From contig CAZYCA010000044.1 in NCBI GenBank assembly GCA_964645405.1, positions 256,044 to 320,043 of the forward strand: a DNA stretch of 64,000 nucleotides. Direction: 5' to 3'. The stretch's first letter is position 1. Every line of letters begins with the position of its first letter. The position numbers and the translations under genes are program-made. Below, one piece after another: positions 35,737-45,021 of the stretch. Under the pieces are notes generated by a model, which saw only the letters and a program-made list of their open reading frames with translations, was not told the DNA's origin and searched no databases. This DNA comes from an uncultured bacterium (GTDB lineage: Bacteria > Ratteibacteria > UBA8468 > B48-G9 > DSTR01).

Positions 35737-36675
35737 CTAACCGAGGGTCTGTCCACAAGCCACAGGCGTGCCGCGAAGGAATTCTTTCACCGGCAGGTTT
35801 TTCCTTCCTTCCAGTTGAAGCTGGAGGAGATTGAGTGTCCCTTTTCCGCAGGCTACCAGAACTTGTCCGTCAGTTTTCAGTATCTGTCCGGGCTGCCCTT
35901 GTTTGTCTTCACAGCTGACAATCTGAGACTTTCTAATTCTTAAATACCTGCTTCGCCCGGCCAGGGGTAGATATGTATAGGCAACCGGCCATTCTGCAAG
36001 AGCCCGAATCTGATTATGAATTCTGGTCGCTGGATTAGACCAGTTGATGAGACCGTCTTTTTTTACCAGGCGCCGGGCATAGGTAGGAATTCCTGTTTGT
36101 GGCCCTGGCTTTTCCCCGGCGAGGATTTTTTCCAAAGCCTTGGGCAGAAGACTACCAGCGATCTCCATTAACCTGGCCTTTAAAGAAAAAATATCATCTT
36201 CCAGCTCAATAGTTAACTTCTGTTGAGCAATGATATTTCCACTGTCCAGTTGTTCATCCATAACAATTATGGTGACACCTGTTTCCTTTTGTCCATCTAA
36301 AAGCGCCCATTCCATGGGTGCTGGCCCCCGGTAGAGGGGAAGGAGAGAAGGGTGAACATTGAGTGCTGCTATTTTTGCTACCTGCAAAACCTGCCGGGGC
36401 AGGATTTTTCCATATGCTGCCAGGACAATAAAATCCGGTTCTAATTCTTTCAGCATACTGAGGAAGGTATAATCAAACTTTTCTGGTTGAAAAAGCGGCA
36501 CATTCCGGCAAAGGGCCCATTGTTTGACAGGTGTCGGTATTAAATGGTATCCGCGGCCACCAGGTCTATCCGGGGCGGTAACTACTGCTGTTAGCTGATG
36601 GATGCTTGCCAGATTTGTAAGACAGGGCAGACCAAAGCGGTCGCTCCCGAAGAAAACGAATTTTATTCCTGACAC
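35737..36675 (-). CDS. fmt: methionyl-tRNA formyltransferase
   Basis: 312 aa. Motifs are FFGSDRF, LNVHPSLLPLYRGPAPMEWAL and a C-terminal OB-like domain. Confidence 0.95.
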   Translation of the reverse strand: MSGIKFVFFGSDRFGLPCLTNLASIHQLTAVVTAPDRPGGRGYHLIPTPVKQWALCRNVPLFQPEKFDYTFLSMLKELEPDFIVLAAYGKILPRQVLQVAKIAALNVHPSLLPLYRGPAPMEWALLDGQKETGVTIIVMDEQLDSGNIIAQQKLTIELEDDIFSLKARLMEIAGSLLPKALEKILAGEKPGPQTGIPTYARRLVKKDGLINWSNPATRIHNQIRALAEWPVAYTYLPLAGRSRYLRIRKSQIVSCEDKQGQPGQILKTDGQVLVACGKGTLNLLQLQLEGRKNLPVKEFLRGTPVACGQTLG

Positions 36676-36680
36676 GGAAA

Positions 36681-37673
36681 TTAGGAGTTGTTGGAGGCCA
36701 GTTTTTCGCCTAAGACCAGGGCAGCAGCAGAAATGATACCGGTATCATTTCCCAGACCAGCAGGGACAAAACGTACGTGACTGGCCAGTTTTTTCATGGC
36801 ATGTTGTTTTACAATCCGTCTTATGGTTGCAAAAAGCAATTTACCTGCTCTGGCAATTCCACCACCGATAACAACAACATCCGGGTTGAAAATGTTGATA
36901 AGACCAACGAAAAAAAAGCCCAGGCATTTACCTACATCCTCCCAGATTTCACAGGATAACGAATCTCCCTGGTTAGCTGCCTCTGAAATCATCTTCGGTG
37001 TAATGTTCTCTATCTGCCCTTGGGAAAGCTGATACAGCAGAGTCTTTCTTCCTGCTTTGATAGCATTAACTGCTCTTTCTACGATAGCGTCGCGACTGAC
37101 AAAACGTTCAATACAACCGATATTGCCGCAGTTACAGACAGGACCATGGTAATCAATGGTGACATGTCCCAGTTCTGCTGCGGAAAAAACTGCTCCCCGG
37201 AGAAGCTTTCCGTTGATCACCACACCACCTCCTAATCCTGTGCCCAGGGTAATACAAATCATCGTGCGGCTGTTCTTTCCCGCTCCCAGCAGGTATTCAC
37301 CCCAGGTGATGCTGTTGACATCATTTTCCACGGAGACTGGGACATGGTAGATTCTTTCAAAATATTCCTGGAGAGAAAAATTATGCCAGGCTGGCAGGTT
37401 CGGCGCTTCAAAAACTCTTCCCTGGTTATCAACCAGCCCGGGAGTGCCAATACCAATCCCCAGCAACGGAAAGTCTGGCTCCAGAACAGAATCTATTGCC
37501 TTTTTCATCTGCTGCAGGACAATCTGCCGGCTACGTTTTTCCGCCAGTGTAGGAAGCTGATTTTTCTTTATTATGCGTCCGTGGATATCTACCAGACCTA
37601 CTTTAATAAAAGTGCCCCCCAGGTCCAGTCCTACAACCTTTTTTCTCTGCTTGCCAGCAGGTTTCTCCTTCAT
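36681..37673 (-). CDS. ROK family glucokinase-like sugar kinase
   Basis: 330 aa. Motifs are GLDLGGTFIKVG, GLGGGVV and the ROK zinc motif HVTIDYHGPVCNCGNIGCIE. Confidence 0.85.
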   Translation of the reverse strand: MKEKPAGKQRKKVVGLDLGGTFIKVGLVDIHGRIIKKNQLPTLAEKRSRQIVLQQMKKAIDSVLEPDFPLLGIGIGTPGLVDNQGRVFEAPNLPAWHNFSLQEYFERIYHVPVSVENDVNSITWGEYLLGAGKNSRTMICITLGTGLGGGVVINGKLLRGAVFSAAELGHVTIDYHGPVCNCGNIGCIERFVSRDAIVERAVNAIKAGRKTLLYQLSQGQIENITPKMISEAANQGDSLSCEIWEDVGKCLGFFFVGLINIFNPDVVVIGGGIARAGKLLFATIRRIVKQHAMKKLASHVRFVPAGLGNDTGIISAAALVLGEKLASNNS

Positions 37674-38959
37674 TTCTTCTCACCTTTTCTGCCAAACAGG
37701 GAAAAAGATTTTCTGGCAGGAGCTGGCTGACTGGCCGGTCCAGGTTTAGGTGTCTGGGGCTCAGGTGCCGGCGAGGAAGATTTTTCTATCGTTACAGGTT
37801 TGGTCTTTTTACCGAAGAGAGAAAATTTTCTGGCAGGAGTAGCCTCCACTGGTTTGGCAGCGGCTGGTTTGACTTCTACGCTGGGTTCTTCTTTATATTC
37901 TTCGTAAACGCCATATTTTTTTACCAGTTCCATGACATGGCAGTACTGCTGAAAACTGACATTCTTAGGAACAGAGTGGTCAGAATGATAGATGTAGCCA
38001 CCGTTTTTCTTAGCCACCTGAAACTTTGTCTTGATTTCTTCTTCAATCTTGCCGGGGTCCGGGTCTGCCATCAGGCGCACATCAATCCCGCCCATAAAGG
38101 CTAATCTATCCCCGTATTTTTCTTTCAAGGTCACTAAATCCATGCCGGCTTTCACTTCCAGAGGTTGGAGGCAATCAAGGCCTGCTTCTATCAGGACAGG
38201 AACCAGCTGGGTAACATTCCCACAGCTGTGCAGCAATGTTTTCATCCCCTTGGAATGAAAGTAACCGTAAAGCAATCTATCAGCATCGTAATGAGTTTTC
38301 ATATAGGTATCAGGAGAGAAAAGTAGGCCATTCCGGTAACCCATATCATTGTAAATCCACCCGCCATCAAAGACGAATCCGTTACTTATCATCAATTCTG
38401 CCGTCACCACAGCAAGTTCAGCCAGCGTCATGACCATCTCTTTTACCCAGCCAGGGTCGTCTGCCATAGCCATAAGAAGTTGTTCGCTTTTCAGGTAAGA
38501 CTGGAGAGCATCATAACCACAGGCAGCGGAGAAAAAAGTAAACTTTCCTTCCTTGCGCGCCTGAGCATTCCGTTGTAACCCACTTGCCCAGTCCACACGG
38601 GTAAAGTCTGGTTTGAGACGGTTTTTAATCTCTTTCCAGTCTTCTTTTGATTTTACTGGCCAATCAATAATCTCCGGTGTGGTGGAGTAATCCAGGTGGT
38701 TGCGTCTTTTACCACCCTGGGGTGTGGTGGTGACTATATACTCTTCTGTTTTCTCCAGTACTTCCACTGGAAAACGCGGGGTAAGGTCAGCTCCAAAACC
38801 TACCATTTCATAGCCGAAATACTCTGCTGGACTGAGATCCTCTGGTAGACCTTCCTTATGCCATCTCCTCACAGTAGCAGTCCAGGGACTGTCTTGAATG
38901 GGAACGCGGTCAGGGATCTGGTGATTCAAAGCTCGTAAAATTCTTTCTCTGCTGGTCAT
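37670..38959 (-). CDS. uroporphyrinogen decarboxylase (URO-D/MtaA-like) family protein with low-complexity C-terminal tail
   Basis: 429 aa. About 360 aa form a URO-D-type TIM barrel (RILRALNHQIPDRVP..., HSCGNVTQLVP, FMGGID). A Pro/Ala/Lys tail of about 65 aa follows and carries two ARK(S)FSLFG(K/R)K motifs. Confidence 0.75.
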   Translation of the reverse strand: MTSRERILRALNHQIPDRVPIQDSPWTATVRRWHKEGLPEDLSPAEYFGYEMVGFGADLTPRFPVEVLEKTEEYIVTTTPQGGKRRNHLDYSTTPEIIDWPVKSKEDWKEIKNRLKPDFTRVDWASGLQRNAQARKEGKFTFFSAACGYDALQSYLKSEQLLMAMADDPGWVKEMVMTLAELAVVTAELMISNGFVFDGGWIYNDMGYRNGLLFSPDTYMKTHYDADRLLYGYFHSKGMKTLLHSCGNVTQLVPVLIEAGLDCLQPLEVKAGMDLVTLKEKYGDRLAFMGGIDVRLMADPDPGKIEEEIKTKFQVAKKNGGYIYHSDHSVPKNVSFQQYCHVMELVKKYGVYEEYKEEPSVEVKPAAAKPVEATPARKFSLFGKKTKPVTIEKSSSPAPEPQTPKPGPASQPAPARKSFSLFGRKGEKK

Positions 38960-38992
38960 TTTTCCTCCTTGGACCCTTATTACAGGATAATT

Positions 38993-39436
38993 TTACCCTA
39001 TTGTCTCTGGTTGTTCAAGCTCCACCACAAGAATTTTTCTTTGCTGCGGTTTAAGGTGTTTTAAAGTGACGATATATCTTGCCTGCCTCAGTAATTCTGG
39101 GAAACGGTCTGCCCATTCCACCAGAACTATTCCCAGGTTCAGGTATTCCTGCCAGCCTATTGTTTCCAGGTCTTCCGGCTGTTTTAGACGATAGAAATCA
39201 AAATGGTAAACCGGAACCGAACCCTGGTATTCGTGCATAATAGTAAAAGAAGGACTGGTGGCAACCTTTCCGGTGAGACAGTGAATTATCCCTTTAATCA
39301 TGGTTGTCTTGCCACTTCCTAACTGGCCACAAAAACAGATCAGGTCCCCGGGAGAAAGCTTTCTGGCTAAAGAAACACCGATTTTCTTTGTTTCTGTGGG
39401 ACTTCTGGATAAAAAACTGGTGCTTTTTTTCTTCAT
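38993..39436 (-). CDS. tsaE: tRNA t6A37 biosynthesis ATPase TsaE
   Basis: The start is moved to ATG 39436, giving 147 aa, the size typical of TsaE. It has the Walker A motif CGQLGSGKTTMIKG and the stretch HFDFYRL. The track's longer ORF overlaps the structured RNA. Confidence 0.85.
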   Translation of the reverse strand: MKKKSTSFLSRSPTETKKIGVSLARKLSPGDLICFCGQLGSGKTTMIKGIIHCLTGKVATSPSFTIMHEYQGSVPVYHFDFYRLKQPEDLETIGWQEYLNLGIVLVEWADRFPELLRQARYIVTLKHLKPQQRKILVVELEQPETIG

Positions 39437-39447
39437 GCTTACTGTGG

Positions 39448-39476
39448 ATTTTACTTCTTTCTGGAGAAAAGGTAAA
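39448..39476 (-). promoter_or_regulatory. candidate tsaE-operon promoter (TTTACC-17-TAAAAT)
   Basis: On the minus strand, TTTACC (39476-39471) is followed by a 17 nt spacer and TAAAAT (39453-39448). The -10 box ends 11 nt before ATG 39436. Confidence 0.45.
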
Positions 39477-39478
39477 AT
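39450..39478 (+). promoter_or_regulatory. candidate promoter of the 6S-like RNA (TTTACT-17-TAAAAT)
   Basis: TTTACT lies at 39450-39455 and TAAAAT at 39473-39478. The purine at 39485, seven nt downstream, is the first base of the closing stem. Confidence 0.5.
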
Positions 39479-39484
39479 GTTACT

Positions 39485-39650
39485 GGCTGTTCCGTGCGCA
39501 GGGAAGAAAGACCCTTGAGCCAACACCCGTATGAAGGGAGCCAAGGCTGGCAGGGCCGGGGATTGCTCAGGCAAACCCTGAAACTGTCCAGGGCGGCACC
39601 CACCTGTAACAGCAGGTCTCACAGGGTGGATTCCCGGCGGCGGAACGGCC
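39485..39650 (+). ncRNA. ssrS: 6S RNA-like structured RNA (about 166 nt)
   Basis: Hand fold. A 10 bp terminal stem pairs 39485-39494 with 39641-39650. An interrupted helix continues up to 39521/39615. A central bubble has 14 nt (39522-39535) on one side and 13 nt (39602-39614) on the other. The apical irregular stem spans 39536-39601 and is capped by a UCAG loop. Local strings resemble E. coli 6S as I recall it: CCCUUGAGCC versus CCCUGAGCC, and GGCGGCGGAA versus GCGGCGGCA. Confidence 0.6.
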
Positions 39651-39671
39651 GCTATATAAGTTACAGATGAA

Positions 39672-39755
39672 GGGCAGGTTGCGGAGTGGCCAATCGCAGC
39701 AGACTGTAAATCTGCCGGCTTTATGCCTTCGGAGGTTCGAATCCTCCCCTGCCCA
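39672..39755 (+). tRNA. tRNA-Tyr (anticodon GUA), long variable arm
   Basis: The sequence folds as GGGCAGG TT GCGG AGTGGCCAA TCGC A GCAGA CTGTAAA TCTGC CGGCTTTATGCCTTC GGAGG TTCGAAT CCTCC CCTGCCC A. Confidence 0.9.
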
Positions 39756-39776
39756 CATCTAAATATAATGAGACAA

Positions 39777-39847
39777 GCGGGGTTGGTTTAGTGGTAAAAC
39801 ATCAGCCTTCCAAGCTGAGGACACGGGTTCAATTCCCGTACCCCGCT
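39777..39847 (+). tRNA. tRNA-Gly (anticodon UCC)
   Basis: The sequence folds as GCGGGGT TG GTTT AGTGGTA AAAC A TCAGC CTTCCAA GCTGA GGAC ACGGG TTCAATT CCCGT ACCCCGC T. All stems are Watson-Crick. Confidence 0.92.
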
Positions 39848-39875
39848 TTCCGCAGAACCTTTTTAGAGGAGAAAA

Positions 39876-40889
39876 ATGGAGATAGAGGTAAAAGAAGTTT
39901 CCACTCTCGGCAGACAGATTTTTATCAGGATTGACGCGGAAAAAGTACAGCAGGAACGGGAGAAAATTGTAGAAGAATTCCGCCGGCAGGTCCAGATTGA
40001 AGGCTTCAGAAAAGGCAAAGCACCCAGCGCTCTGGTTTCTCTCAGATACAACCAGGCAATTCAGGAACAGCTTCTGAAGAACCTGATACCGAAGGCTTAT
40101 CTGAAAGCTATCCAGAAGTATCAGTTGTCTGTGGTTGTTGACCCGGAATTTTCTGAGGTCAAACTGGACAATGAGGGGTTGAGGTTTCAGGTTTACGTGG
40201 AGGTAAAACCCCAGATTACTCTTTCCCGGTATCAGGGGTTGACTCTGAAGAAGGTTGAACCGGAGCAGATTACAGAAGAAATGGTAGAGTCTGTCTTGAA
40301 GGAGTGGGAAAGTAAACCAGAACTGGCAGTTTCCATTATTGACCTGGAAAAAAGAAAGGCCTGGAAGCAGCGGGTAAGAGAGCAGTTAGAAACAGTTGCC
40401 AGATATCGGGCAAGGCAGGCAGAGGAAAGACAAATCTGGGAACAACTTTTTGCCCAGGTAAAGGGACCGGTGCCAGAAAAATTAGTTCAGGAAAGAGCAA
40501 GAGAGTATACGGAAGAAGAATTAAAGCGTCAAAATCTACAAGGAAAAACACAGGCAGAGATTAACAAACTGGCAGAAGAAATTTTTCAAAAAGTCAGGTC
40601 CCGCGGGGAGGAGGATGTACGCAAATACTTTATCCTGGAGAAGGTGGTAGAACTGGAAGGAATTACCTGTACGCAGGAGGATTTAGATAATCGGGTCAGG
40701 CACATCGCCAGAGTTGTCGGGGAAACAGAAGGGCAGGTAAGGGAAAAAATGCGGAAAGCAGGACGTCTGGAAGAACTGCGCAAGGAAATCTGTCTGGATA
40801 AAGCCTTCGCTTTTATTCTGGAGAAAGCCCAGGTTATCTCCAGGGTTATTTTACCGGGAGACAAACAGGGTAACATTGTGAGGACATAA
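39876..40889 (+). CDS. tig: trigger factor lacking the PPIase domain
   Basis: 337 aa. The N-terminal ribosome-binding domain carries the GFRKGKAP signature. The sequence then runs straight into the helical C-terminal arm domain, with no FKBP-type segment. A GAGGAG SD is present. Confidence 0.85.
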   Translation: MEIEVKEVSTLGRQIFIRIDAEKVQQEREKIVEEFRRQVQIEGFRKGKAPSALVSLRYNQAIQEQLLKNLIPKAYLKAIQKYQLSVVVDPEFSEVKLDNEGLRFQVYVEVKPQITLSRYQGLTLKKVEPEQITEEMVESVLKEWESKPELAVSIIDLEKRKAWKQRVREQLETVARYRARQAEERQIWEQLFAQVKGPVPEKLVQERAREYTEEELKRQNLQGKTQAEINKLAEEIFQKVRSRGEEDVRKYFILEKVVELEGITCTQEDLDNRVRHIARVVGETEGQVREKMRKAGRLEELRKEICLDKAFAFILEKAQVISRVILPGDKQGNIVRT

Positions 40890-40893
40890 AATT

Positions 40894-41523
40894 ATGGGCG
40901 GTCAGCTTATTCCCTACATTATTGAGACAACAGAAAGAGGCGAGCGCGCGTATGATATTTATTCTCGTCTTTTACGTGACAGGATAGTTTTTATAGGTTC
41001 TCCGATAACCGACCAGGTAGCCAATGTTATCATTGCTGAGTTACTCTTTCTGCAGAATGATGATAGTCAGAAGGATGTCCACCTTTATCTTAATACTCCG
41101 GGTGGGTCCATTACTGCCGGGCTGGCGATATATGACACGATGCAGTTTATCAGCTGTCCGGTAGCTACTTACTGTCTTGGTCAGGCAGCCAGTATGGGTG
41201 CGGTATTACTTGCCGGTGGAAGCAAGGGAAAACGTTATGTGCTACCTCACAGCAGGGTTTTGATACATCAGCCCTGGGGTGGAGTAGAGGGAAGTACCAC
41301 AGATGTCAATATTCATACCCGGGAAATGCTGAGATTGCGAAAAGTAGTGAATGAAGTTCTTTCCTTTCATACTGGACAGAGCTTGAAAAAAATTCAGGTT
41401 GATACAGAGAGAGATTTCTTTATGAATGCGGAAGAAGCAGTGGAATACGGTCTGGCAGATGAGATTCTTTCACCGGTGAAACTTAAGGCGGTGCGCGGCA
41501 ATGGTACTTCTGAACAAAAGTGA
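40894..41523 (+). CDS. clpP: ATP-dependent Clp protease proteolytic subunit
   Basis: 209 aa. Motifs are [31 protein letters not shown] (Ser) and IHQPWGG (His). Confidence 0.95.
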   Translation: MGGQLIPYIIETTERGERAYDIYSRLLRDRIVFIGSPITDQVANVIIAELLFLQNDDSQKDVHLYLNTPGGSITAGLAIYDTMQFISCPVATYCLGQAASMGAVLLAGGSKGKRYVLPHSRVLIHQPWGGVEGSTTDVNIHTREMLRLRKVVNEVLSFHTGQSLKKIQVDTERDFFMNAEEAVEYGLADEILSPVKLKAVRGNGTSEQK

Positions 41524-43840
41524 GAGGGTTCTTCGCCGGCAGATGCCAGCAGTACCTCTGCGGGATTTGATTGTCTACCCGCATATGGTGGTACCCCTTC
41601 TGGTAGGCAGACCACGTTCTCTGAACGCTGTAGAGGAAGCACTGGCCCAGGATAGTTATCTGGTGATATGCTTCCAGAAGGACCCGCAGGTAGAGGAGCC
41701 AGGACTGCAGGATGTTTACTCTGTTGGGGTCCTGGCCAAGATTCTGCAAAGTGCCAGAGAAGCAAGTGGAGCAATGAGAATTCTGGTGGAATGTCTGGAG
41801 CGGGTCCGGGTCAAAGAAATAGTCAAGAACCGCCGCTATTTTGCCTGTATCCCGGAGCGTCTAAAAGAGGAGAAGTCCAGAGATAAGGAAACAGAAGCCT
41901 TAGCCCGCCTGGCAACAGATCTGCTGGATAAATACCTGAAGTTGAATCCTTCTATGCCCAGAGAACTTTACGGGACGGTGCTTACCATTGATGACCATTC
42001 TAAACTCTGTGACACTATTGCCGGGTATCTGCCTTTGAAGCTGAAAGATAAAGCCCGGATCCTGGAAACTTTACCCATCTGCGAACGGCTGGAAAAACTG
42101 ATTGATATCCTCAACGCAGAAATAGGCGTCCTGGAAGTCCAGAAAGATATTCAGGATAAAGTGATAAAGAAGATTGAAGAAAGTCAAAAGCAGTATCTTC
42201 TGACTGAACAGTTAAAAACCATTCAGAAGGAACTGGGACGGGAGGAAGAATCACCGGAGCTTATGCAGCTCAGAGAAAAAATTAAGAAGGCGCAGATGCC
42301 AAAAGTAGCTGAAGAAAAGGCTCTGGATGAACTATCACGGCTGGCAAAAATGATGCCTCTTTCCCCTGAAGCCACAGTTTCCAGAACCTATCTGGAGTGG
42401 TTGATAAGTCTGCCCTGGAATGTTTCTACGGAAGACAATCTTGATGTTACTCATGCTGCCAGGATTCTGGATGAAGACCATTACGGGCTGGAAAAAGTGA
42501 AAGAAAGAATAGTGGAATATCTGGCAGTGAGAAAAAGGACGAATTCTCTGCGTGGGCCAATCCTTTGTTTTGTTGGACCACCAGGGGTGGGAAAAACTTC
42601 TCTGGGAAAATCAATAGCCCGGGCTTTAGGAAGGAAACTGGTGCGTGTTTCTTTGGGTGGTATCCGGGATGAAGCAGAAATCCGGGGTCATCGCCGGACC
42701 TACATTGGAGCACTACCAGGCCGGATTATTCAATCTATGAAAAAAGCCGGGGTCAACAACCCTGTTTTTTTACTGGACGAAATTGATAAACTGGGTAAGG
42801 ATTTCCGCGGGGACCCAGCCAGTGCTCTTTTAGAGGTTCTGGACCCGGAACAAAACAACAGTTTCTCGGACCATTATCTGGAAGTAGAGTTTGACCTTTC
42901 TAAGGTTCTTTTTATCACCACAGCCAATACCGAGTTTACCATACCACCAGCGCTTCTGGACCGCATGGAAATAATTTCTTTGCCTGGCTATACCGTCTGG
43001 GAAAAACTGGAAATTGCTAAGAGATTTCTTGTTCCCAGGCAGATGAAGGAGCATGGCCTTAACGAGAACAATTTAAAGATTTCCGAAGAAGCCATTCTGG
43101 CTGTAATCAGGAATTACACCAGGGAAGCAGGTGTCCGGAATCTGGAAAGGGAGATAGCCAGTATCTGTCGCAAAGTAACAAAAAGACTGGTGGAAGAAGG
43201 AAAGGATTACCTGGTGCGGATTGGGGTCAAAGGGATAAGCAATTACCTGGGCCCGGAGAAATTCGTTTCGCAGATGGTAGATAAAGAGGGAAAGATTGGT
43301 GTGGTCACAGGAATGGCCTGGACCTGGTATGGTGGTGATATTATGTTTACGGAAGTGGTTACGCTGCCAGGGACAGGTGAACTGATACTGACCGGGCAGC
43401 TGGGGGATGTAATGAAAGAATCAGCGCAGGCAGCCAGAAGTTATGTGAGAGCCAATGCCGGGCGTCTGGGAATTGACCCTCAGTTTTACAAGGAATTTGA
43501 TATTCATGTTCATGTTCCAGAAGGGGCAATTCCTAAAGATGGTCCTTCAGCTGGTGTTACTATTGTTACTGGTCTTGTTTCCTCTTTGACCAGGCAGCCT
43601 GTGGACCCGGCGGTAGCCATGACTGGAGAAATTACCCTGCAGGGGAAAGTATTGAAGATAGGAGGGTTAAAAGCAAAAATTTTAGCTGCTCACCGTTCTG
43701 GAATCAAGAAGGTATTAATCCCTAAAGATAACGAGAAGGATTTAGAAGAAATTCCGAAGATGGTTCTGGAGGAATTGCAGGTACGTCTTGTCCAGACCAT
43801 TGATGATGTTCTTGCAGAAGCGTTACTAAGAAGGGAATAA
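41501..43840 (+). CDS. lon: Lon protease
   Basis: 779 aa. It has the N-domain stretch [25 protein letters not shown]+ motifs GPPGVGKTS and LLDEIDK, and the protease-domain stretch DGPSAGVT...KIGGLK. The start may instead be ATG 41543. Confidence 0.95.
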   Translation: MVLLNKSERVLRRQMPAVPLRDLIVYPHMVVPLLVGRPRSLNAVEEALAQDSYLVICFQKDPQVEEPGLQDVYSVGVLAKILQSAREASGAMRILVECLERVRVKEIVKNRRYFACIPERLKEEKSRDKETEALARLATDLLDKYLKLNPSMPRELYGTVLTIDDHSKLCDTIAGYLPLKLKDKARILETLPICERLEKLIDILNAEIGVLEVQKDIQDKVIKKIEESQKQYLLTEQLKTIQKELGREEESPELMQLREKIKKAQMPKVAEEKALDELSRLAKMMPLSPEATVSRTYLEWLISLPWNVSTEDNLDVTHAARILDEDHYGLEKVKERIVEYLAVRKRTNSLRGPILCFVGPPGVGKTSLGKSIARALGRKLVRVSLGGIRDEAEIRGHRRTYIGALPGRIIQSMKKAGVNNPVFLLDEIDKLGKDFRGDPASALLEVLDPEQNNSFSDHYLEVEFDLSKVLFITTANTEFTIPPALLDRMEIISLPGYTVWEKLEIAKRFLVPRQMKEHGLNENNLKISEEAILAVIRNYTREAGVRNLEREIASICRKVTKRLVEEGKDYLVRIGVKGISNYLGPEKFVSQMVDKEGKIGVVTGMAWTWYGGDIMFTEVVTLPGTGELILTGQLGDVMKESAQAARSYVRANAGRLGIDPQFYKEFDIHVHVPEGAIPKDGPSAGVTIVTGLVSSLTRQPVDPAVAMTGEITLQGKVLKIGGLKAKILAAHRSGIKKVLIPKDNEKDLEEIPKMVLEELQVRLVQTIDDVLAEALLRRE

Positions 43841-43848
43841 CCCTGGAG

Positions 43849-44991
43849 GTGGAGATGAAAAGGCATAGGTTGTTCACACCCGGTCCAACTACAGTACCTG
43901 AAAGTGTCCTTCTGGAGATGGCGCAGCCTGTCATTCATCACCGCACAGAAGAGTTTATCGCTATTGCCTCAGAAGTTTTCCAGAACTTGAAATATGTTTT
44001 CCAGACAGAAAATGATGTTTTTATCCTGGCAAGTTCTGGAACAGGTGCCATGGAAGCAGCAGTTGTCAACCTGCTTTCACCTGGTGACAAGGTGATTGCT
44101 ATTTCTGCGGGCAAATTTGGGGAAAGATGGGTTTCTCTGACTAAAGCCTACGGTTGCCAGGTGAAAGTCCTGGAATGGGAGTGGGGAAAACATTTCGCCA
44201 TGGATGTTCTAACAGAGTCTCTGGAAAAGGAACCGCAGACTAAGGCTGTATTTAGTACCCTGTGTGAAACATCCACGGGAACAGCTTTTGATGTGGAGCA
44301 GATGGGCAAGATTGTCTCCAGATATAAGGAAACAGTACTGGTGGTAGATGCTATTAGCAGTCTTGGGGCTGTACCCTGTAAAACTGATGAATGGCAACTT
44401 GATGTGGTGGTGACCGGTTCCCAGAAGGCGTTGATGCTGCCGCCCGGTCTTTCTTTTATCAGTCTGAGCCCCAGAGCCTGGTCTCTGGTAGAAAATTCCA
44501 GGATGCCCAAATTTTATTTTGACTTAAGGAAGTATAAGAAGGTTCTGGAAAAAAATGACTTTCCTTTTACCATGGCTGTCTCCCTGGTTGTGGGACTGAG
44601 ACAGTCGCTGGATTTAATCAGGGAAAAGGGGCTGGAGAAGATATGGCAGGAACACAGTCTTCGGGCGGAAGCCACCAGGCAGGCGCTAAAAAGTATGGGT
44701 CTTAAGTTGTTTTCTGAATCCCCCTCAGATGCAGTGACTGCTGTCTGGTTGCCGGAAGGGATTGATGGAGAAAAACTCGTCCGGGAAGTGCGAAAGAAGT
44801 ATGGTATTTCCATAGCCGGTGGTCAGGACCAGGTAAAGGGTAAGATTGTCCGGATATCACATCTGGGCTGGCAGGACGAGTTTGATGTTTTGACTGCTAT
44901 TGAAGCTCTGGCCACAGGGCTGTTACAGATGGGGTGGCAGGTACCTGTAGGTGAAGCTGTGGACAGGGCTTGCCGGGTTCTTTTCTCCTGA
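43849..44991 (+). CDS. class V PLP-dependent aminotransferase (serine-pyruvate/alanine-glyoxylate type)
   Basis: 380 aa. Motifs are LFTPGPTTVPESVL, SGTGAMEAA, VVDAISSLG and TGSQKALMLPPGL (PLP Lys). Confidence 0.85.
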   Translation: MEMKRHRLFTPGPTTVPESVLLEMAQPVIHHRTEEFIAIASEVFQNLKYVFQTENDVFILASSGTGAMEAAVVNLLSPGDKVIAISAGKFGERWVSLTKAYGCQVKVLEWEWGKHFAMDVLTESLEKEPQTKAVFSTLCETSTGTAFDVEQMGKIVSRYKETVLVVDAISSLGAVPCKTDEWQLDVVVTGSQKALMLPPGLSFISLSPRAWSLVENSRMPKFYFDLRKYKKVLEKNDFPFTMAVSLVVGLRQSLDLIREKGLEKIWQEHSLRAEATRQALKSMGLKLFSESPSDAVTAVWLPEGIDGEKLVREVRKKYGISIAGGQDQVKGKIVRISHLGWQDEFDVLTAIEALATGLLQMGWQVPVGEAVDRACRVLFS

Positions 44992-45021
44992 GTAATTGTC
45001 TCCCCTCGGTTAACAAGCCAG

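Noticed and set aside
39437-39622. 62-codon N-terminal extension of TsaE
   Set aside because: It would make TsaE about 60 aa longer than normal. The region is better explained by a divergent promoter plus a structured RNA on the opposite strand, and the extension is low-complexity (Pro/Ala/Gly-rich).
39485-39650. SRP (4.5S) RNA interpretation of the structured RNA
   Set aside because: Strings such as GGGAGCCAAGGCUGGCAG loosely recall domain IV. However, there is no GNRA tetraloop flanked by the conserved symmetric and asymmetric loops. The fold has a large central bubble, which is typical of 6S rather than SRP.
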